Shown here one piece after another: positions 47,095 through 58,853 of a stretch of DNA of 64,000 nt (positions are counted from its first letter, which is position 1; each line of letters begins with the position of its first letter). The notes under the pieces were generated by a model that saw only the letters and a list, made by a program, of their open reading frames with translations, was not told the DNA's origin and ran no database searches. Origin of the DNA: Anthoceros angustus (Eukaryota; Plantae; Anthocerotophyta); the NCBI GenBank assembly GCA_010909165.1, contig MU008195.1, forward strand, positions 434,001 through 498,000, in the 5' to 3' direction. The position numbers were made by a program, and so were the translations under genes.

Positions 47095-48653
47095 GATTTT
47101 TTCGACTGGTGCAGTGGACCTACGTAGGGCGCTTCCAAGTTTTACGCGCGCGCTGGCTATACATTGTTTGGCTAGCGTTCGACGATATCCTGGCTCTCAG
47201 ATTCTGCATCAGATAGCTGTTGCTCAAGAATGGGAGTTGCCTCCATCCTTTTCGATTTGAACTTACTCCATGTTTTCTTCAAGCCCGATGCTCCATCAAC
47301 CAACATTGTTTTTGCAGCCATCAAGTTCCTGCTATTCACACCCTAATGTGAGTCCTCAAGCCCCATACCACCAATCACCGCCCCGACATTCTCCGCAAAT
47401 ACCTACCCCCATCCTGCGTGATAATATGTCAGCCTTGGCTCTTGTGGCAAATCCCCGGTTCCATGCACGCACTAAAGGGGGAACCCGAAGGTTCCCTATT
47501 GTTTGGTGTGGTTGTGTCTTCAGTCTCCTGGAGACGTAATAATTGCACAAGGCACAACAATAGAATTTTATGCTTGGTGTCTATCTAGCAGACTCTAAAC
47601 AACTTGGCGAGTAATACAGGGTGGATAAAGCTCACCTTAGGATCTAATCACCTTGTAAGTTAACAATCAAGCTTTTCACACTGCAGGCTTTACATCTTGT
47701 GGCTCCTCATCTAGCAAAGGTGTCTTCCCTGCGGCAAGAAGGAGCTCCAGCTGAGCGATTCTAGCCATGGCAGCTTTGAGTTTGGCTGCGAGGATGGGAG
47801 TGGCCTCTCTTGAATAGTACATCTCAGGCCTCTGCTCCTGTTCCTGACCATGGACCACTCCGAGTAGTGGTCCATGGTCTTTGGTCGCGAAGCTATTCAC
47901 GTGTGCCACCAATCCCTGCAGCATAAGCTGCGGCGTGTTCGACGGCGATGGTGTGTTGGGCACTTCCTCCTTGGCCTCTCCCTGTCTCCTACCTCGTTTC
48001 CTTTTCTCATACACCAGAGGGCACTCGTAGCTGGCCCCCGCTATGGTCTTCATGGCTCTGATCCTCCTTGCCAAGCAAATTTTGAGGGTCTGAACGCACA
48101 AGAGGCTAAGCGCTATGGCTGTGAAGAGTGCAATTGCGAGAGTGGCCATGGCGGTGGGATTATATGTGAAGAGGGGGCGAAACGAGAAGGTGGGGCATAA
48201 TGTTTGCTTGACAGAGTTCATGCAAGTTCAAGTCTATGTGGAAGTGTCTTAAGCTAACTGCACTTACCTTACGAGGGAGTGTTAGATATATAATTAATAT
48301 GCCGTTAGTAAGGTTAAGCTAGAGTTAGCGAAATGTCATATTTTGTTAGGGTTCTGTATTTAAAGGAAAAACACACAAGACAATTTTGTAAGGTCAATAG
48401 TTTGGTTTGGTTGAAACTTAGTGTTCACATGCTAAGTGACACCGTCTGCATGTCCACTTAGTCCTTTGCGTATCCATGGGGACACAACGATTCTGAAGGA
48501 GTAGAGTTGATTGGAACCATCAGTTACATGCTATGCGCACCCAATATGTGAGTGCAAGTTTGCGCACTCATCATAGTTATCCATTTCAAATACTTGAATT
48601 GTGAACGAGGCCACTTTATAAGGTTTTATGCAGAAACTCCTGTTTTGGTAACA
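47095..48653 (+). mobile_element. Degenerate Ty1/copia 3' end (RNaseH remnant, PPT, putative LTR 48280-48653)
   Basis: GYTLFG..ISWLS and PILRDNMSALALVANPRFHART are present. The PPT ACGAGGGAG is followed by TGTTAG at 48280, and TAACA ends at 48653. Confidence 0.65.
47676..48149 (-). CDS. Orphan 157-aa ORF with an N-terminal hydrophobic anchor and a C-terminal coiled-coil-like helix
   Basis: MATLAIALFTAIALSLLCVQTLKICL followed by a basic patch (KRKRGRR), and LAAKLKAAMARIAQLELLLAAG. The frame is uninterrupted within decayed TE DNA. I recognise no homology. Confidence 0.4.
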   Translation of the reverse strand: MATLAIALFTAIALSLLCVQTLKICLARRIRAMKTIAGASYECPLVYEKRKRGRRQGEAKEEVPNTPSPSNTPQLMLQGLVAHVNSFATKDHGPLLGVVHGQEQEQRPEMYYSREATPILAAKLKAAMARIAQLELLLAAGKTPLLDEEPQDVKPAV

Positions 48654-49121
48654 TTTAGTAGCGCAAGAGTTCACCTCTTTGGATGTTTCGTAAGATCCAA
48701 GGATTAAAAAACACCCTTGTGATTTTTAAGCTTTGGGCCTTTTTCTTCTCTTGCGCCGCACGTCAGGTAAGCGTAATTTGCTCGCCCGGGCGCGCGCTTT
48801 TTCCTCTCGAGTCTTTCTGGCAAGACAGAAAAAGGCATTGATGGTCATTCCCCTGTGCACAAACAAGATTACGGACAACCTTGGGGTTTAACTTAACCAG
48901 CTGGTTGTATTTGGGCATGAATCCGTGGCGCCCTTGTCACAATACCTATACAGAACGGAAGAAGAAAACAAGACCTAAACTAAACAATCCCAAGTACCGT
49001 GTGCGCGGACCGTGTACAGCAATACCCACCAATACCCATTACTGTAGGCTTGTTACTGTAATGGGCATAACCACTAAGAGAATTGCTGGCCTCTGCTCCC
49101 GCACTTCATGACGCGGCCACC

Positions 49122-50431
49122 ATGGGAAGGGAGTTCAGGTCGTCTGAGATGGATGATGCAGCTGTGAACTGTATAGCAGAGCGGCTTTCTGCTATTCCGG
49201 ATTTGCACATGCCATACTCATTCGCACGCCGAGCTGAAGCTGTGTCCAATGACGAGAAGCAATTGCATTTGAGGTCCTTGCTCCGCAGAGATGCGGCTGT
49301 CTTTCTAGGTTGGCTTTACTCCTGCCTGTCTGCTTCTAGGAGAAGCTTGTCTATTGACCGATCTGATTTTCCGTGCCTTGCGCTATTTTCCTAGGTTTCC
49401 TGTGGCAGGTGATTGATCGGGGATTCTTGTTCACTATGCAGAGCGGTACGGGCCTCATCTTAGTGTCATGGAGCTGGAGAAGTTTCAGGTTCTGGGACAG
49501 GACTATGAAGTCGCATGGCACTTGAAGAAACTGAGAAGTGCTGCCAGTCCAACTGCCGAGGAACGGAGAACCAGGGCAACTGCCGTGAAGAACAGGCGTC
49601 TTGCTTACATGAGCCGGTTGGTCCAGGGTGGCCAGTATTTCTCGGAAGACGAAATCAGGCTGCGGTCGCCCTTGCTGCACCACGAGTACGTTGGCAGGTT
49701 CCAAGATGCATCTGCACGAGGCGTTGCAAGACCTGGGGAGCGCTTCTCTGAGCTGTTGTTGCGGCGATCAGAGGAAGTATTCATCCAGCAGCAGCTGAGG
49801 AAAGAGCTAGAACAGGCCGGGATGGTGGAGGAGGAGGAGGGGGATGATGATGATGATGATGAGAATGGTGTATCCCAACATGAAGATGACGAGCAAGACA
49901 GTGAGGAAGAGGAAGAGGAAGCGGAAGCGGAAGAGGAGATTTCAGACATGGAGGTAACGGGGGCCAAAGCAACGGGCATCCAACTTGCAAAGGTAATTTG
50001 TCTTCATCTTCGGGTTGCTGTTTCCTCGTCCTCGCTTTGCTCCTCAGGAGCAAAAGCTGAGTACTGCTCTGGACTGGGATGTAGGTTAGTACTCACACCT
50101 GCAGTCTTCTCAGCTTCCATTTATTTTTTGTCAGGAAACGGATATTGAACAAGGAGAACATCCTGATCCAGAGGTGCCAGGGGCTCCCCAAGATGGCGCT
50201 GAAGAGGCCACGGAAGGCAAAGTGGCTCCATCCTTGGATATGGTCCTGTGCGACAGTTCTTCTAAGGAACGAATGGATGATCTGATCCGCGTGATGAAGG
50301 AGAAATTTCTGTCCGGAGGGGATGCTGACCATGTGAACTACACCGCTATCGACAATGATCATACTCTGGATGATGACTGGCTGGTAGAAATGTCTCGTGA
50401 TGCTGAAGAGAAGTACTTCGAAGGAGATTAG
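49122..50431 (+). CDS. CCDC97-like (DUF2052) protein, 3 exons
   Basis: Start context gccaccATGG. Exons 49122-49308, 49442-49992 and 50135-50431. Motifs are FLERYG, YEVAWHL, VKNRRLAY..YFSEDEIRLRSPLLHHEYVG, an acidic tract, and KEKFLSGGD...YTAIDND..LDDDW..SRDAEEKYFEGD. Confidence 0.92.
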
Positions 50432-52339
50432 ATGATGTCGAAGGACCATTGTTGATAATGCAGTGTGTGCACGGTTCTTTGAATTGTAATATATGAGAGT
50501 TTTAGGTTTGGTGTATATATCAATCTTCCAGTGGCAATTGTATGTCCGAACCACGATTCGGTGGACGTGTTTACCTGCTCCACTTCTGTGATGTCCTGAT
50601 ATGTTTCTTGACGAAGTACAGGCCTTTAACGTGTGGGCAGGTCCCTTTAGTGTAAATTAATCGCCTTCGGTGTCAAATGCTTCTCAAGTTGATTGCAATG
50701 CAAATTTCTATTTTCACTTTTGGAAAGCAAACGAAACCATGTCAAGATTAATCTGTTTATGTTTCTGTGCAGCTTTGCTTCTGTCAAAGAGCATGGCCGT
50801 TCGTTAATTGTAACACATTTTTATATCCATTGATTGCAGTTTGTTGGCAGGTCCTCTGCATATGTTGGATGCTACATGTATTTTTTTAGAGGGTCTGGAG
50901 GCCACATTTATGGAGATATCTCTTGGAGCAAGAAGCAGTTGGGTAAGATGTTGAGTTTTCCCTTCACTTACGATGTAACTCTTGTTTGTTGATGGCAACC
51001 ATCACATTGACAAGTAATAAGCTGGCTTATCAAGCGCCTCTAAGACAGATTGGAGGACAATGCTTGTGGTGCATTAGCTTGCACAATAGCTTGAGCCGGT
51101 GCACCAGACAGCTGCTGTTCGGATGGTGTGACTCCTTCTGGCCGCCTTTCAGTCATCATTCTGGACTTGGATTCGCTGCTCAACTTCGCTGCATTGGACT
51201 GGCTTATTTTCGTTGTTGTATTCTCGTCCACAGCCTGTGGTGCATGTATGAAATAAGAAATGCGACAGGAGGGGGATGGGTTGGAAGATGCCTTCCACCG
51301 CCTGGACAGGGCATGGAGGTATGTCAATTTATTTTAACAGGTAGTGTCAACGCCAAACCTGTAGCTTTTGAACGACTTAAGTGCCTGGTGAATCTCGGTA
51401 TTGCGCAGAGCAAACGTGCTAACTGTTCTGTGTGCTTACACAGATTTGACAGTTGCTTGGAGGAAGAACGAGAGAAAGTAGTATCTTGTTAATCGCATGC
51501 TTTGCAGGTGACTTTGTGACATCTAGCCCTTGTCCTACATGTGTTCCAAGCAGCCTAGTTCGGCGGTGGGTGTTCTCATCGATTGTGCATGGCGATTTCA
51601 GGAAAAGAGAGGCAAAGTCCGTGAATTACATGGGGAGGCTCAAAGGGAAATGTCACGGCCTGGCAGGTGTTACAAATTCCGGCTCAGTGTCATTGCTTTT
51701 CTTCTCACGTAAAGATCAGGTGATAAAAAAAGTGTCCCTCAGTTGCACAAGATATGGGGTCAGCTGATGAAGACAGGGTATCAAAATTCTCGATTCGCCC
51801 CACCAGGTCGAGATTGTCCTCCCTCTCCACTTCCCTCCTGTCCGCGTTTTCTGCTCGGTAAGAGAAAATTGAGCTCTCACTGTTATGACTTGATGCCTCT
51901 GAACATTTTAACGACACTGGAAATGTGCGGAGTAGAGGTTTGCTTGGCTCTGTTTCGGGCAATGTGATAGCAAGGCTAGAGGACGACTGGAGATTGTTAT
52001 GTAACATGACCTACAAAGGAAACATGACCTGATCGGTGATTTCGCTAGAAAAGAGTCATGACCTGATCGATGATTGCGCCGCAAAGGAAACCTGACCTGA
52101 TCGGTGAGCCCTGAGCATCGGAGGGTCTCGATGTCGGTCTCTACCTTCACATCAGCGCACAACTACCGATGGCGGAGACTCTCGGCGGCCAGAGCTGCTC
52201 TTCAGACTCCTATCGGTGGACTCATCAGAGTTGGCTCAAGGCAGGCAGTATAGCCTGGTTATCTCGAAAATATCCGTTACGTCCTTTACCGCGCAGTTGA
52301 TGTATGGACGATGTGCGATAAACAACCAGAGTTGACGAG

Positions 52340-53425
52340 CAACGACGTTTCACATAACGACGACACTCTTAAGACCCTACGAACTGGCAGTTCGTCCGAA
52401 TCGACAGCCGTCCAGTTTTAGAGTGAGAAACAACGTTTCATACAACGACGACACTCTTAGATCTACGAACTGGCAGTTCGCCCGAACTTGACAGTTGTCC
52501 GGTTTTAGAGTTGGTGTACCTTACACCAACTTTGTGCTAGTAGATAATTTAGCTCTAATTTGGATAATTCAATTTTGGGATTGAATTGAACTGTTAAACG
52601 AATTGTAAATGATGAACTATGATATCACGATCATGCCATCGAACTGAACTAGATATAAATGATCCCAAGTCATGACCCCTTCGAGATCTGGTTATGGTCT
52701 TCGTTTGGTTTTGCACATATTCCATTATATCCGAGGCCAAATCTAAACTCTTTTTTGCTTGTAGAGTTTTGTGCCCAACATCTCAGTAAGTCAGCCAGTT
52801 TTATGAGACTCGGCTAAGTGTTCGTTTTTTTTTGCACATATTCCATTATAAACGAGGCCAAATCTAAACTCTTTTTTGCATGTAGAGTTCTGTGCCCACC
52901 ATCTCGGCAAGTCAGCTCTACCACACAACATAGCTTCAAGCCCTAGTTCCTAGAGTTCAAGGAGCTGTGACGCACGAAGGAGGAATTTGTATGAGATGGA
53001 ATGGGCTGGTGTTCAAAATGTAACGTGTAAACCGGAAAACTATGTTTTTTCACGTCATAATTCCTCGAACCTTGGGTTTTTCGCGCCGGTTCAGTTTGGC
53101 CTCCAAACTAATTCAAATCGAATCGAAACCTAGTCTTTACTTGCTTACTTCAGCAGACTGACAACGATGTTGGATCTTGTCTGGGAACAAGTACAATTCA
53201 ATTTTGTGCTGCTGCGAGTTAGAATTGAATTGAACGATTCAGTTTTATGTTGACATGGGTTAGAACTGAATTGATCTGAGCGAACGGCTTATGCGGACTA
53301 CGAGTCCGTACGGGTCCTAAATTGAACGATTCGGTTTCATGTTGACGTGGGTTAGAACTGAATTGATATGAAGCGAACGGCTTATGCAAACGGCTGATGC
53401 GGACTACGAGCCCCCCGTAGGGATC
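52340..53425. repeat. Non-coding region with three separate ~90-120-bp tandem duplications (~52340-52515, ~52700-52915, ~53225-53425)
   Basis: Duplicated strings are acgacgacactctt..ctacgaactggcagttcg, ttgcacatattccattat..gaggccaaatctaaactc and gaacgatt..ttagaactgaattgat..gcgaacggcttatgc. Confidence 0.8.
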
Positions 53426-54459
53426 CTAAAGGACACTTTGTCGATATCCCTTTCTTGAATAATAGAAGCCCTTGGCCCGCCATGTTCTGTAACACCATAA
53501 TGATATGGACAAAAAATAAATTTTATAATTTTAATATACTATTTTAAAGATATAGATCTGTATTATTATATTTTATTAATAAATTATTAATCATTTTTTT
53601 ACCATTTAATGATGTCTCCTCCCTAGCTGCATACAAGCTCCACATAGTGCTTGCATCATCCATTATGCTTTCTACTTAAGGAATTGTTCATACTCTATTA
53701 CTCTAGGATGCTTTCTATTTAAGAAAATTTTCATACTCTAGGATGCAAGAAATTTTTCATACTTGTTCGTAGCCAAAAACAAGAAACCGTTCATACTTGT
53801 CCACAGAAAAAGTTGTTCATAATGCTTTCACGCAAGAAATTGCTAAACCATTCCTGTTTAAACAATAGAAGTCCTCCTTGACCTTGTATCACACACTTGA
53901 ACAATACATAAAAGCCCTTGACCGTGCATCACATACTTGAATAATGGAAACCCTTGACCTTGCCATGTTCTATAACAGCATGATGATGAGGATACAAAGA
54001 ATAAATTCACAATTATTTCAATATTTTGTATACCATATTTTTATCATTGTTTATCATTATAGTCATACTCATATATATGTATATACTTGGCCACGCAACT
54101 ATATACTAGGCCATGTAACTATATACGAGGCTATGTAATGCGTAAACTGTTTGCCACTTAGGACACCCTCGAGTTTGTGTGGGCCGTTGTGAGTTTGTGT
54201 GAGTTGAATGTGTGGATTTGTGTGAGGATCTGTGTTCATTTTGGGCTTTAGAATCGCTTGCATTTGGTAGTAGCATTCCATTTCTCGTGTGTCCCACTAA
54301 TGCACAACAAGGTGCACCATACAAAATTTACAACAAAGTACGTTGTAATACACTTGTTGTAAATATGCCCCATATTAAAGAAGCTGAAAATATATATTTT
54401 TGTTATTAATAATATGCATTTTTGTATAAAAGTTTTTTCCATACATATATATTACTTAA

Positions 54460-55451
54460 AAGGCGTTGTAATTTAAATGTTGTAATTTATTTTGCAGTTG
54501 GGATATTGTAAATGGTTTTGTAAAACAGGTCGTTGTAAAGTGCGTTGTACCCACACCAAGACGTCTTAAACGTAGACGTTGTAATTCCTTTTGCAATTGG
54601 GATATTGTAAATGGTTTTGTAAAACTGGTCGTTGTAAAGTGCGTTGTACCCACACCGAGACGTCTCAAACTTAGACGTTGTAATTCCTTTTGCAATTGGG
54701 ATATTATAAATGGTTTTGTAAAACTAGTCGTTGTAAAGTGTGTTGTACCCACACCGAGACGTCTCAAACTTAGACGTTGTAATTCCTTTTGCAGTTCGGA
54801 TATTGTAGATGGTTTTGTAAACCTCATCGTTGTAAAGTGCGTTGTACCCGCACCGAGACGTCTCAAACTTAGACGTTGTAATTCCTTTTGCAATTGGGAT
54901 ATTGTAAATGGTTCCATAAAACTGGTCGTTGTAAAGTGCGTTGTACCCACACCGAGACGTCTCAAACTTAGACGTTGTAATTCCTTTTGCAATTGGGATA
55001 TTATAAATGGTTTTGTAAAACTGGTCGTTGTAAAGTGCGTTGTACCCACACCGAGACGTCTCAAACTTAGATGTTGTAATTCCTTTTGCAATTGGGATGT
55101 TGTAAATGGTTTTGTAAGAGGCATTGTAAATAGGTGACATGGCAAGGGTTGCTGACTAGGCGCCACATGGCAATGGGCACCACGTCATCACATGGTGATG
55201 TGGCGATGAGGGCCATGTCATCAAATCATGCCATGTCATCACCTGATGATTTGGCAATGAAGGCCCATGTGGCAACAACATGCCATGTCATCACTTGGTG
55301 ATGTGGCGCCATATCACCACTTTAATGACATGGCACTGGAACTGGCCATGTCAGCAATTTTACAACGTCATGAAGCTCTCGGTTTACAACCCTATGTTAA
55401 GCTCGCTTTACAACGCGTTGTAACCGTTGTAAACCTCATTTTCTTGTAGTG
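54460..55451. mobile_element. Right terminal region of a CACTA (EnSpm) DNA transposon
   Basis: Terminus TTTTCTTGTAGTG (reverse complement CACTACAAGAAAA) at 55439-55451. There are subterminal TTTACAAC/GTTGTAAA repeats in both orientations and a GCCATGTCA-rich block at 55130-55360. I did not find the left TIR. Confidence 0.7.
54479..55128. repeat. 99-bp tandem array, about 6.5 near-identical copies
   Basis: The unit gttgtaattccttttgcaattgggatattgtaaatggttttgtaaaactggtcgttgtaaagtgcgttgtacccacaccgagacgtctcaaacttagac starts at 54479, 54578, 54677, 54776, 54875, 54974 and 55073. Confidence 0.95.
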
Positions 55452-56331
55452 CTCGGGGTCTCCTTGCCTTATTATTGCTTGCCACTTGGACAACATAGAA
55501 GCTCAAACATCAACGAGGCCTATTTGCATGTATTATATCTTACCGTTAGGTACAACCAAGCGCGCCAAGGATGGCTGCACACCATTCACCCTTGCTCTCT
55601 TCTCCGTTTCTCTTGCACGCTATGACCACGGGCTTACCCCTTTGTGGACAAAGCAGCTCAAGGGCCTGGTCCTGTGGAGGCTACCTTGGATCCTTTGTGG
55701 ACAGTAGTAGGGACAGAAGATGATGACAAAGCTTTGGTTGAAGAACCAAGACTCGTGAGTGAAGCTGAGGACATTGCGTCACAATCGCAAGCTTTAGGGT
55801 AGCATATCTCCAAGTGGCTTTTATATGTCAGTTCCTGCCATGGAAGGAGAATCCTCGTATCAAAGGATTTCCAAGTTTAGCGGGAGGCCATGAACATTGG
55901 CTTTGCGGGGATTTAAGACATATTACAGGACTGTGGTTTCGGAACTGCGTCTGCGGCATGGTGCTGCTTTTACTCTGCAGTTTGCCTTTGAGCAAATGGC
56001 AAGATGGTTGGTCGATGAGGCCTTGGATGTATTTCGGATGCATTCAACTTGCTTGGCCCCGCCAGCTGGTAATCCTATCCGCTTTGTCATGCAAAGAATT
56101 GCAATACGACGGCTGTATAAATCACAATTGTGTTGCCCATGCACTAATGGAGGCAGTAGCGGGCTCCTAGTTCGATTTATCTACGCCGACCGGATCAGAC
56201 CACGTGCATTTTGAATTTGCCCAGATCCCAGATACAGGGCTCCAGATCACGGCATCGGGCTCCCACAAGCCAATCCAGTAGGTAAGATAGCAAATTAAGC
56301 TGACATCTGGAGGAGCCGTGATGCAGGAAGG

Positions 56332-57130
56332 TGTTAGAAAAGAGCTGAGCCTTTATAGAGAGGGAACACAACACTCCAATACAATATGGGTTATATGCAC
56401 TAGGCACACTAGATACTAGCACACAAGAACACTTGCACACACCACACCCCACATGTAGGTGGGCTTGGCCTTTTATAGTCCTAGCCTTGAATCCTATTGG
56501 TCACTTGACCTTGAATCCTACTGGTCACTTGACTTGCCCTTTACTTTTGGCTTTCTAGAAAATACTTTCTAGAAGATGCATGACTTTCAAGTTTGTTATT
56601 TTTAGGGCACTCTTCATAACCTGCTTTTAGGGCACTCTTCATAACATATTTTGATATGTTGTAATAAATCACTTCTAACACTCCCACTCAACATATCAAA
56701 ATTTTTCTCTTAGGCCTAGCATCTTGCTAAACCTAGCATGTTTGTCTAAAGTCAAGGCTTTGGTCAAAATATCTGCCGGCATGTCTCCTGTTGGACAATA
56801 CTCTAGCTTTACCTCTTTTGACTTTACCTTCTCTCTTATAAAGTGATGTTTCACTTCGATGTGCTTGGTTCTAGCATGAAAAGTTGCATTCTTGGCTAAG
56901 AAGATGCAACCTTGATTGTCATTGAAGATTGTTGTTGCTTTCTTTTACTTGAATCCCACCTCCTCTAGCAAGTTACGCAACCATATTGCCTCCATGACTG
57001 CAGAGCATGTTGCCATATATTTTGCTTCTGTAGAGGATAGAGCCACAGTAGGTTGTCTCCTACTATTCCAAGAAATGGCTCCCCCATTCAGCATAAACGC
57101 TATCCAATCGTAGACTTGCGACTATCAACA
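56332..57130 (-). mobile_element. Ty1/copia 3' LTR (56332-56680) plus RNaseH remnant
   Basis: The LTR is bounded by TGTTAGAA..TTCTAACA, with PPT TGAGTGGGAG. The minus strand reads DSRKST..GAISWNSRRQPTVALSSTEAKYMA..EAIWLRNLL..TTIFNDNQGCIFLAKNATFHARTKHIEVKHHFIRE..DMPADILTKAL. Confidence 0.88.
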
Positions 57131-57584
57131 ACTACTAGAAACAAGGGGTTGATGTTATGCTTTTTTGTTACAGTAGTTGTTATGGTCTCCAAAAGCGTAA
57201 CAAACTTTGGCATGGGAGAGAGACATGACATACAAGCCTAACTTTGTAACACTTTAATATTACACTTTTGGCATGGGAAAGAGGCATGGAATGGAACTGC
57301 CACATGTTCAAAGGTAATTGGAAATGATAACATATGGGTCCCGCCTCCCCACCCTTACATCCATTTCTCTCTTCTTTGCCTAGTCTTGGTATCTCCCATA
57401 TCAAAAGAAAGCAACTAGAACATCTCACCAAACTTAACATTCATTACCTTCTCTCCTCTTTCTCCACATGAAAAAGTGCCACCTACTTCAACATTGGGGC
57501 GGTGAGGAGCGAGCAAGGAGGAGCGAGCGGTGGGTGAGGAGGGAGGAGCGGGCGGTGAGGAGGGAGCGGGCGGCGCAGTGGCGG

Positions 57585-57800
57585 GCGGGCGCGCGGGTGG
57601 GCGCGGGCGGGTGGTGCGGAGCGGGCGGCGCGGGCGGGCGGGGCGCAGAGCGGGCGGCGCGCGGGGCGCGCGGGGCGCGGCGGGCGCGGGCGGCGCGGGC
57701 GGGCGCGGGCGGGGCGGCGGGCGCGGGCGGGCGCGGGCGGGCGCGGGCGGGCGCGGGCGGGCGCGGGCGGGCGCGGGCGGGCGCGGACGGGCGTGGGCGG
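57585..57800 (+). repeat. Extremely GC-rich (GCGCGGGCGG)n 10-mer satellite, copy A
   Basis: Six perfect units at 57721-57780, with degenerate flanks. Confidence 0.92.
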
Positions 57801-58853
57801 GCGCGGACGGGCGCGACGGGTGCGTTCGCCGAATATGGGCGCGACGGGCAGGGACCGACGGGGCAGAGGTGCGCCGCGGCGGGGAGGTGCCAGCGTGAGC
57901 GGCGCTGTGGCAGCGCGGTGCGGAGGCGGTGCGCGAAGCGTGCTTTGGGAGGCGGAGCGTGCGCGGGAGCGACGGCGGAGCGGGAGTGGGCGCGAGCACC
58001 GCTGCGAGTGGACGCCAGGCGCGGGACCGGACCGAGGGTGCGGCTGTGCGCAGGAGCAAAGCTGGAGTGGTGCGGGAAGTGGGCAGGCGTACGGGCGGGG
58101 GGCACGGGCGCGAAATATGTGGTGCGGGTGCATGCTGTGGTGCGGGCGCGGCGCGTAAGAGCGCAGCGCGGAGTGGTGCAGTGGGCGCCGTGGCGGGCGG
58201 GGGGCACGGGCGGGTATCACGGGGCGAATGTGGTGCTGCTGTGCGCAAGAGCAAGGCGAAAGTGGAGGCGCGAAAGTGGGCGCCCGTGGCGGCGGTGGGC
58301 ACGGTATCACGGGCACGAATGTAAAGTGCGGCGGGTTGCGGTGTGCGCAGAGGGTGCAGGACGAGGTGCGTGGCGGTAGGGCTGCAGCCTTCCGTGGGCG
58401 GAGGCGGGGCCCGGGGGTGTCCTGCTGGGCCGGCCGGCTCCGGGACGGCAAGGCCCGGCCGGAGGTACGTGTGCCTCCGGAGGTAGGGTGGGCAAGTGGA
58501 GTCGGGAAGAGCGGTGGCCCCGGCTCACGGCCTGTGAGAGGCGGGCCTCATTGGGTTTACCTTCTCTTTATAAAGTGATGTCACCATGTGCTTGGTTCTA
58601 GCATGAAAAGTTGCATTCTTGGCTAAGAAGATGCAACCTGATTGTCAGTTGAAGATTGTTGCTTTTACTTGAATCCCACCTCCTCTAGCAAGTTACGCGC
58701 AACCATATTGCCTCCATGATCCGCAGAAGAGCATGTTGCCACATATTTTGCTTCTCAGAGATGATAGAGCCATGAGGTTGTCTCCTACTATTCCAAGAAA
58801 TGGTTCCCCATTCAAAGATAAACGCCATCCAATCAGACTATGCGAATTATCAA

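Noticed and set aside
54479-55128. Possible CRISPR array
   Set aside because: The units are contiguous 99-bp tandem copies with no unique spacers, the context is eukaryotic, and there are no cas genes.
55814-56214. Short ORFs as a possible transposase remnant
   Set aside because: No DDE or other diagnostic motif could be aligned with confidence.
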